64,000 nucleotides of DNA from Synergistales bacterium (GCA_963666205.1 OY762654.1:2080001-2144000), one strand, 5' to 3'; positions 29,977 through 40,060 are shown, numbered from the stretch's first letter. Made by a program: numbers and translations. Notes: generated by a model not told the origin, from the sequence alone.

Positions 29977-31476
29977 TTATTCCACAACAAATGATCCCAT
30001 CATTCCCATATCATCGTGTTCGAGAATGTGGCAATGATAGACAAACTTGCCCTTTTTCTGGAACTGGACCAGAACCTTTACTGTTTCATAGGGATATACG
30101 AGTACTGTATCTTTCCAGCCTCTTTCGTTGACCGGCGGAGCAGCTCCGTCCCTTTCGATGACCCTGAACTGTACTCCATGAATATGGAAAGGATGAACCA
30201 TAGCCCTGGCCATGGGCATTCCTCTTCCTCTCATTCTCCCCATGCCTCTCATCATGTTGCCTCCCATTGGACCACCCTGGAACATCTCGTTTCTTATCTC
30301 CCAGACCTCGGTATCGTTGAGCTTCACCATTTCGTCGATACGATCCAGGTTAAATTGTCTTCCGTTAATGCTTACCATGGGACCCATTCCCGAAAGGACA
30401 AAGGTTCGGTTCCTTACAACCCGAGAGGTATCAACGCGTTCTATTTGTGTAAGGTTTCTAGGTATGAAGCTTTGTTTTGCCCCTTCTGTATTCTTTACAA
30501 GGCAGGTGAGGATCTCAAATTCCCGGGACCTCAAAACAGCCCTGTCTCCATACTGGCTGCTGGAAAAATCTACAAGGATTTCTGCCCTTTCTCCGGGGGC
30601 CAGGGTTAAAACCCTTGTCTGAACAGGGCTGGACAGAAGTCCTCCATCGGAGGCAATCTGCCAGAATGTCCGGTTGTTCTCGAAGAAAAGGTCAAAAATT
30701 CTTGCGTTGGATCCGTTGATAAGCCTGAAACGTACCATTTCCCTATCAACTTCGAGATAGGGATTATAGGTGCCATTCACAACAGGCACATCACCCATCA
30801 TTCCGTGCATTGTGTCCATCATATGGGTCAGATATACCAGTTCGCCATTTCTCGAGAAACGTTTGTCCTGGATTACCAGTGGTATATCGTTTTTTCCGTA
30901 ATTATCTGGTAAATCGAGGTTCCTGGATATGTCATCCTCTACAATGAGTACCCCTGCGAGACCCATATATACCTGCTTTCCTGTCCGGCCGTGAGGATGA
31001 GGATGGTACCAGAGTGTGGCTGCCGGCTGATCGACGGGAAAAGAGACCTCCCATGTTTCACCTGGTGCGAAAGTATAGTGGGGACCTCCGTCCTTTTGTC
31101 CCTCCACTTTCATTCCGTGCCAGTGGAGAGTTGTGTCTTCATCTAGTTCGTTGATAACCTTTGCATGAAGGGTCTGTCCTCTTTCAACCTTTATTGCAGG
31201 TCCCAGGTAGGATCCGTTGTAACCAAGGGTGTGAGTGAAGTTTTGCGTACCAAAAAAGGAAGTTTTTCCTTCCACGGCCCTGAGAGTAATATCCATTGCG
31301 CTGTTTTCTGGATTTTCGTCTTTCAGCAAAGGGGGGATCTTCAGGGCATTTTTTTCGCTGATAAAGGAAGAAGCATCCTGGGCAAAGGCAGCTATTACAT
31401 TAAGAGTGGGGGTCGGGGCTATCAACGTAATTATTGCTGCCAGCGAAACAACAAACAGTTTTTTTCGCAATATCAT
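29977..31476 (-). CDS. Multicopper oxidase (CueO/CotA-like)
   Basis: LHWHG, WYHPHPH, HPFHIHG, YHCHILEHDDMGM, plus a Met-rich insert. Confidence 0.95.
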   Translation of the reverse strand: MILRKKLFVVSLAAIITLIAPTPTLNVIAAFAQDASSFISEKNALKIPPLLKDENPENSAMDITLRAVEGKTSFFGTQNFTHTLGYNGSYLGPAIKVERGQTLHAKVINELDEDTTLHWHGMKVEGQKDGGPHYTFAPGETWEVSFPVDQPAATLWYHPHPHGRTGKQVYMGLAGVLIVEDDISRNLDLPDNYGKNDIPLVIQDKRFSRNGELVYLTHMMDTMHGMMGDVPVVNGTYNPYLEVDREMVRFRLINGSNARIFDLFFENNRTFWQIASDGGLLSSPVQTRVLTLAPGERAEILVDFSSSQYGDRAVLRSREFEILTCLVKNTEGAKQSFIPRNLTQIERVDTSRVVRNRTFVLSGMGPMVSINGRQFNLDRIDEMVKLNDTEVWEIRNEMFQGGPMGGNMMRGMGRMRGRGMPMARAMVHPFHIHGVQFRVIERDGAAPPVNERGWKDTVLVYPYETVKVLVQFQKKGKFVYHCHILEHDDMGMMGSFVVE

Positions 31477-31908
31477 TAAAAAACACCTCCAGTCAATTAC
31501 CTGAAAGATGGATGGGATGTTCGTCTTTTAAAAGTTCACGCTATAGAGAGCAGTCAGAATTTCTGGTTCGGGAAGATCTTATGCCTTTCAGGCTTTCACT
31601 ATAATGCCGATTTACCGAGGTCAACTGTTATTATAATACGAGCAGTCAGAATATGTTCCACAGTCCGGGTTGTTTTATTTCAAAGGACACAGAAGACCAG
31701 GGTCTGCTACTGAAATCTAAATGGTTTCCCCTGAGACATTTCAAATATATATTTCAGCCGCCCGTAAATTTCCGGTAGGCTTTTTGATACTCAGGGTTAC
31801 AGGAAAATTTGACTATTTCCCAACCAGAATTTATATTTGTGTCAAGTCTATATAATAACTCTCTAAACAGGCGAAGCAAGAAACCAATAGAAGCAGGGAG
31901 GTTAGAGA

Positions 31909-32718
31909 ATGGATCAACTTATTGTAAAACTTCAGGAATGGATGGCTTTCTACGGATTGAAAGTCATTGCGGCCCTGGCGATCCTCCTTTTTGGACGCCT
32001 GGTTGCCAAAGCACTTAGAGGGACCATCAAAAAGGTCCTCCAGAAAGGGCAGGTGGACGATACCCTGGTGCTGTTCACAAGCAGCGTGTCTTACGTAGCC
32101 ATAATGGCTTTCGTGATCATTGCGGCTCTTGGTCAGCTCGGAATTCAGACCACCTCCTTTGTGGCCATACTGGGTGCCGCAGGCCTGGCAGTAGGCCTGG
32201 CCCTCCAGGGTTCCCTGGCCAACTTTGCTGCAGGAGTTCTGATGATAATTTTCAAGCCCTTCAAAGTCGGTGATTACATTGAAGGCGGAGGTGTTTCAGG
32301 GACAGTCGAGGAGATAGGCATCTTTACAACTGAACTGAAATCACCTGACAACAGGAAGATCATTGTCCCTAACGGAAAAATGACCAGTGATAATATCGTC
32401 AATTACACCGCAAGGGATATCCGCAGGGTGGATATGGTCGCTGGGGTAAGCTATAAAGATGACCTGGATAAAGTCAAGAGCATCCTGAAAGAGATCCTTA
32501 CATCTGACGAAAGGATATTGCAAGATCCTGCCCCTGTTATTGGATTACTGGAACTGGGTGAGAGCAGTGTTAATTTTGCAGTGCGTCCATGGGTGAAGAC
32601 TTCGGATTACTGGGATGTGTTTTTTGCAACCCAGGAAAGCATAAAGAAACGGTTTGATGCCGAAGGGATAAGTATTCCCTTTCCGCAGCAGGATATCCAT
32701 ATTCACAAGATGGAGTAG
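31909..32718 (+). CDS. mscS: Small-conductance mechanosensitive channel
   Basis: GAAGLAVGLALQGSLANFAAG, PFKVGD, IPFPQ. Confidence 0.93.
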   Translation: MDQLIVKLQEWMAFYGLKVIAALAILLFGRLVAKALRGTIKKVLQKGQVDDTLVLFTSSVSYVAIMAFVIIAALGQLGIQTTSFVAILGAAGLAVGLALQGSLANFAAGVLMIIFKPFKVGDYIEGGGVSGTVEEIGIFTTELKSPDNRKIIVPNGKMTSDNIVNYTARDIRRVDMVAGVSYKDDLDKVKSILKEILTSDERILQDPAPVIGLLELGESSVNFAVRPWVKTSDYWDVFFATQESIKKRFDAEGISIPFPQQDIHIHKME

Positions 32719-33124
32719 AACAGAGCGAAACTCAAAGGAAAGCTTCATCCTTTTCCACTGGCAGGGAGGTAGTGGTGTTAAAAAGAGTTTTATCTGTTTT
32801 CCTTGAACATGGGGCATTTCTCAGAGTTGCAGAGTTCGAGGATTCTTTTCTGAAGAGGTCATATCCGGGAAAACCGGTGTTGACCTCCTCTTTATGTTGA
32901 AGTATGGGCTGATTCAGCGACCCTGATCTCCTGATCCTCCATCGGGGTACTCAGTTTCTGCTCACCTTAATAGCTTATGGCAATGCCTGCAAGCCAGGCT
33001 ATATATCCCAGATAGCAGGCCAGGAAAAAAGAGCCCTCCAGGTGAGATACAGGCTCTTTTGCCTTTGGCTTTTTCAGGGACTATTGGGAGCTGGGTTGGG
33101 ACTTATCCTGCTGCGGTTTGGGTT

Positions 33125-34585
33125 TCATAAAGTTCTTGGGATGTTCGACAGGATAGCATCTTTCAGGACGCTCAACCCGTGTTTCATTTCTTCTTCACTC
33201 ACGTAGGAAAATGACAGCCTGATGGCGTCGCGATTCTTCGGGTCGTACATATAGCCCGGATTGATCAGGACGCCATGACATCGACAATACTCGAAAACGC
33301 TTTTGATGTCTGCCCGGTTTTTCAGCCTCAACCAGATATAGAAGCCGCCCGATGGTTTCATCCATTCGGAGAAGCCGGTAAACCCCTCTTTCAGGATCTC
33401 ATGCATGAGGTCCCTTTTCGCCCTCAAGGTCTGTCTCAGTTTAGAGAGGTTCTCTTCGAACCTACCACTCCGAAGGAGGCTATCGAGGACAAGCTGGGAA
33501 AGAGAGCTGGTGCCGTAGTCGATCTGCATCTTGAGATCGGCCAGTTTTCTGATGACTTCTTCCTGGCCTATGATCCAGCCGACTCGCAGGCCGGCGCAGA
33601 GGGTTTTGGATATGCTTCCGACGTGGATCACGAACTGACTCTCATCGCTTGCTTTCAAAGGCAGGGGCCTTTCTTCGTCATAGTAAAGTTCCCGATAGGT
33701 GTCGTCTTCGATGACCGGGATCCTGAGTTTCCTGTAAGTCTCCATGAGTTCAATACGTTTTCTGTCGCTCAGGCGATGTCCCGTGGGGTTGTTGAAATAG
33801 GGGATGGTGTAGTGGCTCGCCGTGCTGCCCCTTTTATGTATATTGACAAGCCTGGCGATGTCAAGGCCTTCGCCATTGCAGGGAACTCCGCAGAGGTTGA
33901 TCCCGGAAGATTTGAAGAGATTAAGTGAATAGAGATAGGAAGGGGTCTCGCAGGAAACGGATGCGCCTTTCGGGAACAGTCCTACAGAGATCAGGTGGAT
34001 GGCCTGAAGGGCGCCGGATACAATAAGGATCTGTGTGGGTTTGGCTTCCACGCCCAGACGACGGTAATACTGGACGAGAGACTCCCTGAGTTCGATGGTT
34101 CCGTTGGGATGATCGTAGCCCAGGCTGTACCCACCGGCGATCAGGTTTTCCAGAACCCGGTCCGTCGAATTCCTGGGCAGGTAGTCGGGCGAAAGCTCGC
34201 CGGTGCTTAAGCGGATAAGGTTTGAACTGAATTCATGATCATGGATACTGCGCGTGATTTCGCGATTGGGGCTGAGACTGCCCGACCGGATGTATTTGAG
34301 CCAATCCGGCGAAAGGGGTTTGCGGAAAAGAGACCAGGTATTGTTCCTGACATAGGTGCCGCTCTTACCCCGGGTACCCAGGATGCCGTCTGCCGTCAGA
34401 TCTTCCAGAGCTGTTTTCAGTGTGCTTCGGTTGACTCCGAAATACAGGGCTAACTCTCTCTGCGGAGGAAGCTGAAAACCCAAAAACCACTCGCCGCAGG
34501 AGATCTTCCGGATGACGAACTGTTTTATCTGCTCATAAAGAGGCTCATCGAGGTTTTTATCAGGTTTCCAGTCCAGATCGTGCAT
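33125..34585 (-). CDS. MocR/GabR-family PLP-dependent transcription regulator
   Basis: GntR HTH (LPPQRELA..GVNRST) plus an aminotransferase domain (NNPTG, IEDD, SISKT..GLRVG). Confidence 0.93.
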   Translation of the reverse strand: MHDLDWKPDKNLDEPLYEQIKQFVIRKISCGEWFLGFQLPPQRELALYFGVNRSTLKTALEDLTADGILGTRGKSGTYVRNNTWSLFRKPLSPDWLKYIRSGSLSPNREITRSIHDHEFSSNLIRLSTGELSPDYLPRNSTDRVLENLIAGGYSLGYDHPNGTIELRESLVQYYRRLGVEAKPTQILIVSGALQAIHLISVGLFPKGASVSCETPSYLYSLNLFKSSGINLCGVPCNGEGLDIARLVNIHKRGSTASHYTIPYFNNPTGHRLSDRKRIELMETYRKLRIPVIEDDTYRELYYDEERPLPLKASDESQFVIHVGSISKTLCAGLRVGWIIGQEEVIRKLADLKMQIDYGTSSLSQLVLDSLLRSGRFEENLSKLRQTLRAKRDLMHEILKEGFTGFSEWMKPSGGFYIWLRLKNRADIKSVFEYCRCHGVLINPGYMYDPKNRDAIRLSFSYVSEEEMKHGLSVLKDAILSNIPRTL

Positions 34586-34683
34586 TAGTTCACCTGTTTC
34601 TTCCCCGCATGCCTCGCTGCCGGGAAGAATGTCGTCCTGACAGTGAGGCTATGACTCATGGTTATTGAATATTCCTCTGCAGT

Positions 34684-35802
34684 TTACCGGTCAATAAAGT
34701 CACGGATGTTGGCGGAAATGCCCTGCAGCCCGCTCCTCAATTTGTCCATGTCGTTCCAGGCAAAGCCGATGCGCATGTAGTTCTTCCCGAAACCGAACCA
34801 GTGCCCCGGCCCGACGTAGGTGCCGTACTTGCTCAGTAATCGTTCATAGAAGACATCATAGTCGATCTCGAGGCCGGCATCAATTCGGACGAAGCAGGTG
34901 CTCCCACCGTCCGGTTCAACCCAGTCGAGATGGGGGTCTTCCGAGATCCACTTTCGAACGATCTCCTTGCCTTCGAGAATTTCCGGCAGCACCTCGGCGA
35001 GCCATACCTCTTTCTGCAGGAGCGTCTCGTAAGCTACGGTTTCGTCCAGGATGCTGCCGTGGATGCTCATCTGCTCCTTGGCACAGAGGAACGATTCCAT
35101 CAGTTCCCTGTCCTGGCAGTGGATCCAGCCAATGCGGATCCCCGGGACGCCGTAAGTCTTCGACATGGACGAAATGCTGACCACATGGCTGCCCAGGGTG
35201 GCCGCCACAGGCAGGAGATTTTCATGAGCCATCTCCCGGTAGGTTTCGTCCACGAGCAGGCGGCAGCGTTTCTCTTCTGTGATCCGGACCACGGCTTTGA
35301 GCTCCTCCAGTGTGAGCATACTCCCGTCGGGATTGTTAGGACAGGTGAGGCTTACGTACTTTGTTCGGGGTGTGACCACTGCTTTCAGGTAATCCGGGTC
35401 AAAGCGGAATCGCCTGTCGTACTCCAGTTCGACGAAGGAAACGTCACAGCCGATGGCCTCGGGTGTTTCGATATTCGTGCAGTAGTTGGGCCTGGTAATG
35501 ACGACATGGTCATCCTTTTCCAGAAGTGTGATGGCCATGATGAACAGCGCGGCCGATGCACCAGCCGTTATCATTATGTGGTCCCTTTCGACGTTCGGAC
35601 CGCTCTGAGAGGCGATGAGCTCTCTCAGTTCCGGCAATCCAAAGTGATCCTGAGCGTAGGGAAGGTCCAGGCCTTTGAGTTCGATGCCCAGATCCTTCAG
35701 GGAGCGATCCCGAACGGAGCTCTCGGCAAGGTTGTACCGTATCCTGTCATAGCCGATGACTTCAGCGCCCTCGGCTTCAATTGCGCTTCTGTAGAATTTC
35801 AT
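34684..35802 (-). CDS. Class I/II PLP aminotransferase
   Basis: PNNPDG, VDETY, SMSKTYGVPGIRIG. Confidence 0.9.
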   Translation of the reverse strand: MKFYRSAIEAEGAEVIGYDRIRYNLAESSVRDRSLKDLGIELKGLDLPYAQDHFGLPELRELIASQSGPNVERDHIMITAGASAALFIMAITLLEKDDHVVITRPNYCTNIETPEAIGCDVSFVELEYDRRFRFDPDYLKAVVTPRTKYVSLTCPNNPDGSMLTLEELKAVVRITEEKRCRLLVDETYREMAHENLLPVAATLGSHVVSISSMSKTYGVPGIRIGWIHCQDRELMESFLCAKEQMSIHGSILDETVAYETLLQKEVWLAEVLPEILEGKEIVRKWISEDPHLDWVEPDGGSTCFVRIDAGLEIDYDVFYERLLSKYGTYVGPGHWFGFGKNYMRIGFAWNDMDKLRSGLQGISANIRDFIDR

Positions 35803-35811
35803 GGTGTCCTC

Positions 35812-37026
35812 CTAAACCATTTCTCTGACTGCACTCAAGAGGCGATCGACCTCTTCCATGGTGTTGTACATGGAGATCCCCATCCTGACAACACCGCCGC
35901 AGTCCACCGTATCCAGGACCTCGATCGCTCTTTCGGCAGCGAAATCTCCGTCCCAGACCAAGATCCCTTTTTCAGCCAACTGTTGCGCCACCAGATCTGA
36001 GCTCATCCCTTTAACGACGAAGGAGACGGTTGGCGCACGGTTAGGACAGTCGAAGGATTGCCCGAAGAGGGTCACATGATCCATTGAGCTGAGCTGACTG
36101 TAGGCGTGTCGGGCCAGTTTCCGTTCGTAAATTTCTATTTTTTCCATTGCATTGACCAGCTGTTCTCTTAAGCCTGTTCCCGAACCGAAAGAAGCGATGT
36201 AATCAATGGCTGCTATAGTACCGTTGAGTCCTTCATGGTTAAGGGTCCCCGATTCGATCCGGTATGGAGAAGAGTTGTCCTGCGAATGTATCTTCTCAAC
36301 CGGTAACCGGGTAAGCAGCCCTGGTCTCGTGTAGAGAACCCCCACATGGGGGCCGTAAAACTTATAGGCTGAGCAGAGCAGGAAGTCGCAGTCGATCTCC
36401 TGGACGTCAATCGAGAAATGAGGTGCGTAGTGTACGGCGTCCACCAGCAAATAGGCGCCCACTTCCCTGCTTGCCCTGCGGGTCTCGGCGATTTCGTTCA
36501 CTGTTCCGATGGCGTTGGAAGAGTAACCCAGGGCCACCAGTCTTGTTCGATCTGTTACGCGCCTTCGGAAGCCCTCCATGTCCAGCGTGCCGTCCTGCTT
36601 CAACGGAATGGACCTGACGATAACTCCCTCTTTCTGGAGGTTCAGCCAGGGACCGCGGTTCGCTTCATGATCAAGCTCGGTGATGACGATCTCGTCGCCT
36701 GGTGAGAGCAGGTTTCGAAATGCCCGGCTTAGAGCCAGGTTGAGCGATGTCATGTTGGGCCCCAGGGAAATGCAATCCCATGATGGGGCTCCCAGGAAGG
36801 TGGCCAGATATTCCCTGCATCGCTGGATGATGGCGTCCGATTCCCTGGATACGAGGAAATTGCCGTGGATGTTGCTGTTGTAGTTTCTCAGGTAATCGAC
36901 GACGCTGTCTATCACGGCTTGTGGAGGCTGTGTTCCTCCTGGTCCGTCGAGAAAGGCAAGGGGCATGCCTCTGTGTTCTCGACGCAGCGCGGGAAAGTCT
37001 TCCCGGCAGAACTCGATCTTTCTCAT
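35812..37026 (-). CDS. Cysteine desulfurase-like (class V PLP) protein
   Basis: DGPGGTQ, DHEAN, VDAVH, SAYKFYGPH. The usual persulfide Cys is not evident (WDGDFAA). Confidence 0.88.
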   Translation of the reverse strand: MRKIEFCREDFPALRREHRGMPLAFLDGPGGTQPPQAVIDSVVDYLRNYNSNIHGNFLVSRESDAIIQRCREYLATFLGAPSWDCISLGPNMTSLNLALSRAFRNLLSPGDEIVITELDHEANRGPWLNLQKEGVIVRSIPLKQDGTLDMEGFRRRVTDRTRLVALGYSSNAIGTVNEIAETRRASREVGAYLLVDAVHYAPHFSIDVQEIDCDFLLCSAYKFYGPHVGVLYTRPGLLTRLPVEKIHSQDNSSPYRIESGTLNHEGLNGTIAAIDYIASFGSGTGLREQLVNAMEKIEIYERKLARHAYSQLSSMDHVTLFGQSFDCPNRAPTVSFVVKGMSSDLVAQQLAEKGILVWDGDFAAERAIEVLDTVDCGGVVRMGISMYNTMEEVDRLLSAVREMV

Positions 37027-37315
37027 AAACCCACCTCTTTTCATCTTGAAGCACTCAACCGACTTGTGTCTGACAGGATCGATTTACTTACCACCCATAA
37101 ATATCCCTGGCGTATCCTTGTCCAAGCTGCCCGGGGAGACTGAATAGAGCGGTTGATCAGGGTTTTCATCCTTATTTATGCCCAAGCCGGAAGTTCTGTT
37201 TTTCCAATTTTATCTCAAGAAGTGTGGCTTGTATCCACCCATAACTTTCGCTAGTAACCCACCCAGAAAAAGTGTTTTTGAGAGATCCTTCCATGTTGTT
37301 TCAGTCTTGCCAGAT

Positions 37316-37410
37316 CTACCCGAACCCGTTCATTCTTTCCTGGTCTGATCCTTATCCTGCCTCTACAAACCTTAATGAACGAGGTTTGACATAAACACAT
37401 TTGTAGTTCA
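37316..37410 (+). repeat. Repeat Z, second (degenerate) copy
   Basis: Shares CTACCCGAACCCGT and the downstream layout with 28937-29031. Confidence 0.7.
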
Positions 37411-37472
37411 AAAAGATGAATGTTCATCTTTCTGTTTTACGAGAATTAACTATTCTTTTCTCTGTATTCATC

Positions 37473-37511
37473 CACAAAAACCCACCCTCAATCTCAGGGT
37501 GGGTTTTTGTG
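37473..37511. terminator. Hairpin terminator
   Basis: CACAAAAACCCACCCT...AGGGTGGGTTTTTGTG. Confidence 0.8.
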
Positions 37512-37538
37512 GCAAAGCTATTTCAGGTTTTCAGAACA

Positions 37539-38510
37539 CTATGGATGAAGTACAGATTTGGCAAGGAAAAAGATATATCCCATGTAACAGGCCAGGAAAA
37601 GGGCACCTTCAAAACGGTTGATCCGACCGGGTCCCCTGAAACCGTAGCCGATGATGAAAAGCGATATGGTAAGGGCTGCCATGAAGAACATATCCCTGTA
37701 GAATACTTCCGGCCCGAAGCCTATATGGTTAATAGTACCGGCAATTCCCACCACTGCAAGTGTATTGAACAGGTTGGATCCCAGCACGTTGCCCAGGGCG
37801 ATTTCGTGTTCTCCTTTTCGAACAGCCGTAATGGAAGAGGCAAGTTCCGGCAGTGATGTGCCTAAAGCCACAATGGTCAGGCCTATTACCAGGTCACTGA
37901 TCCCGAAACCCCGGGCTATCTGGACTGCTCCCCATACCAGTATCCTTGAACTGACAACAAGTAAAACCAGGCCTGCCACAAGAGAGAAAAGTGCCCTTCG
38001 GACAGGCATGGGATGTGCCAGGAGTTCCTTTTCAGTTTCAGTACCCAGGGCATCAGGTGATCTCTGCATTCCCTCCCAGATACTCCAGGCCATGATAACT
38101 CCGAAGACCGTTAGGAGTTCTACCGCTTCTAAACGGGTGATCTTTCCATCCCACGCCTGAAGGGCTGCCATTACTGTGACTGCAGTAAGGATGGGCAGTT
38201 CCTTGCGAAGAACCCGAGAATGGACTGCCACGGGGCTGATGATCGCAGTCAGGCCAAGAATGAGGGCTATGTTGGCAATGTTCGAGCCATAGGCATTACC
38301 CAGGGCAATGCCCGTGTTTCCCTGCAGGGCAGCCACAGTGGATACCACCATTTCAGGTGCTGATGTACCGAAACCGACAATGACCATCCCGATCAGGAGG
38401 GAGGGGATCCCGAAATGCCTTGCCAGGGAGGCGGAACCCTCTACAAAATGGTCGGCGCTCCAGAAAAGCAGGGTCAAACCGATGACTACAGCAAGAAAGG
38501 CAAGGATCAT
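37539..38510 (-). CDS. Calcium/sodium antiporter (YrbG family)
   Basis: GTSAPE and GTSLPE alpha repeats, GN..GSN. Confidence 0.92.
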   Translation of the reverse strand: MILAFLAVVIGLTLLFWSADHFVEGSASLARHFGIPSLLIGMVIVGFGTSAPEMVVSTVAALQGNTGIALGNAYGSNIANIALILGLTAIISPVAVHSRVLRKELPILTAVTVMAALQAWDGKITRLEAVELLTVFGVIMAWSIWEGMQRSPDALGTETEKELLAHPMPVRRALFSLVAGLVLLVVSSRILVWGAVQIARGFGISDLVIGLTIVALGTSLPELASSITAVRKGEHEIALGNVLGSNLFNTLAVVGIAGTINHIGFGPEVFYRDMFFMAALTISLFIIGYGFRGPGRINRFEGALFLACYMGYIFFLAKSVLHP

Positions 38511-38547
38511 GTCCTGGAAAACCTCATCATGTATCCCTTAAGATAGC

Positions 38548-39195
38548 TCAATTCTTCCTGGCCAGCCTTTGGCCAAGTCTGAAACTCTTTTCCAGGTCCT
38601 GTGGGAAGACCTCTCTGTGTCGTGCCAGCTTTTCTTCCGTATCGAACATATCCGACACATAGAGGGAATAGTCATCAAACTGCAGGGTATTGAAAGAGAA
38701 AAGGGATTCGCAGTTTCCGAAAAACCATGACATCAGGCTTTCATTCTTACCGGTCCATTTGTCATAAGCCCGTTCTTTAAAAGACTCTTCCTTTGCGTTC
38801 ATGGTGTAGATGAAGGCTGTCTTTAATTTGCCGGGGAAAATGCTCCTGTAGTCCTTTGAATATGCAAGGTAGGGAAAGAAGAGCCTTTCCAGGAAGGATC
38901 TCATCTCCCCGGTTACGTCACCGAAATAGACAGGAGAGCCGAGTACCAGGGCATGGATTGTATCGACTTTTTCAAGAATGGGCGTCAGGTCATCCTTCAG
39001 GGCACATTTCCCGTAACTTGGGCCGTTTTTCAGTTTGCAGGCAAAACAGCTGGTACATCCCTTGAAATCGAGGTCGTAAAGATTGACCATTTCAGTATCT
39101 GCTCCCAGGGATGCGGCACCTTCCAGGGTTTTCCCAAGCAAGGCGGCAGTGTTGCCGTTCTTTCTGGGACTTCCGTTAATTGCCATGATCTTCAT
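38548..39195 (-). CDS. Flavodoxin-fold iron-sulfur flavoprotein
   Basis: INGSPRKNGNT, CTSCFAC..C, GSPVYFG. Confidence 0.9.
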   Translation of the reverse strand: MKIMAINGSPRKNGNTAALLGKTLEGAASLGADTEMVNLYDLDFKGCTSCFACKLKNGPSYGKCALKDDLTPILEKVDTIHALVLGSPVYFGDVTGEMRSFLERLFFPYLAYSKDYRSIFPGKLKTAFIYTMNAKEESFKERAYDKWTGKNESLMSWFFGNCESLFSFNTLQFDDYSLYVSDMFDTEEKLARHREVFPQDLEKSFRLGQRLARKN

Positions 39196-39390
39196 GAGGG
39201 TCACCTGCCTTTCATTACAGGATATTTTCTCATATCCAAAACTGGAGGTCGAACTTTGAGATTGTGTTAAGGAAAGGTCGTCTGGGGAGTAAGATAAGGT
39301 AGACTATAGTGGAGTTAAGTTTTATTACAACCTTTAAACGCGGGCATTCTCTAAATAACCGTTTTCTGAAACTGATACAGGAGGGAAACC

Positions 39391-39444
39391 ATGGCTGAAT
39401 TTAACTTCGATATTATCAAACACTTTGGAACCTTATCCGAATAA
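39391..39444 (+). pseudogene. 5' stub of a YdbC/PC4-like DNA-binding protein gene
   Basis: RBS AGGAGG, then MAEFNFDIIKHFGTLSE*, resembling YdbC N-termini from memory. The stop lies 1 bp before the site at 39446. Confidence 0.6.
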
Positions 39445-39445
39445 T

Positions 39446-39479
39446 GGGGTCAAGCCTTGCATGCACGGTTTTGTAGTGC
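39446..39479 (+). repeat. GGGGTC-site, subtype B'
   Basis: GGGGTCAAGCCTTGCATGCACGGTTTTGTAGTGC, one mismatch from 63106-63139. Confidence 0.93.
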
Positions 39480-39571
39480 TATCCAGTGTGTGGGTCATGT
39501 TTAGAAAAGGAGATATCTACATTCTTCTGGTGGAAAATCGTTCTTATTCGGATACCTGGATCTTAAGATCC

Positions 39572-40060
39572 TTATTTCCTTTCATACATTTTTTTGATGA
39601 TCTTTTTTCCTGAAGCTGTTTTGAAGTATTTGTCTGCAAAATCCATGGCAGTATTTTTATCCAAATCCTTTTCTGGTGCATTGACGAGGAAGTCCGCTTC
39701 CACAAGTACTTGGAAATCAATGCCATCAATATACTCAAAACTGTGATGATGGCCGATGATGAAACACACTCTTTCTATTATGTCTTCATTTATCTGCAGT
39801 TTCTCCAGAATACCCCTGGCTACAGGAGGACCTTCGGTTTCCTGGCATTTCCAGGCGGAGGTTTTGAACTTGCGTTCGCATTCCTTTATACCTATGTCGT
39901 GGAGTATTGCTGTAATGGCGATTATTTTCCGGGTTTCGGGATCGAGGGACTCCAGTTCGGATATGGCACTGGCGTAACCGTACACCTTAACTGCATGATC
40001 TATTCTCTTTTTGTCATTCCCGAATGTTGCGATCATTTCTGCTATGGGCAATGGAGACAT
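39572..40060 (-). CDS. HD-domain phosphohydrolase (intact copy)
   Basis: MSPLPIAEM start follows AAGGAGG; H...LHDIG...HHH...EAD. Confidence 0.9.
   Translation of the reverse strand: MSPLPIAEMIATFGNDKKRIDHAVKVYGYASAISELESLDPETRKIIAITAILHDIGIKECERKFKTSAWKCQETEGPPVARGILEKLQINEDIIERVCFIIGHHHSFEYIDGIDFQVLVEADFLVNAPEKDLDKNTAMDFADKYFKTASGKKIIKKMYERK

Noticed and set aside
32855-32887. GAGGTCA...CCGG-GAAAA-CCGG...TGACCTC hairpin as a riboswitch
   Set aside because: It lies between convergent gene ends and has no aptamer consensus I recognise.
34930-36000. 356-aa plus-strand ORF
   Set aside because: Antisense shadow of the GC-rich aminotransferase and desulfurase genes.
29006-40009. Diversity-generating retroelement TR/VR pair
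   Set aside because: Mismatches are not adenine-specific on either strand and there is no reverse transcriptase.
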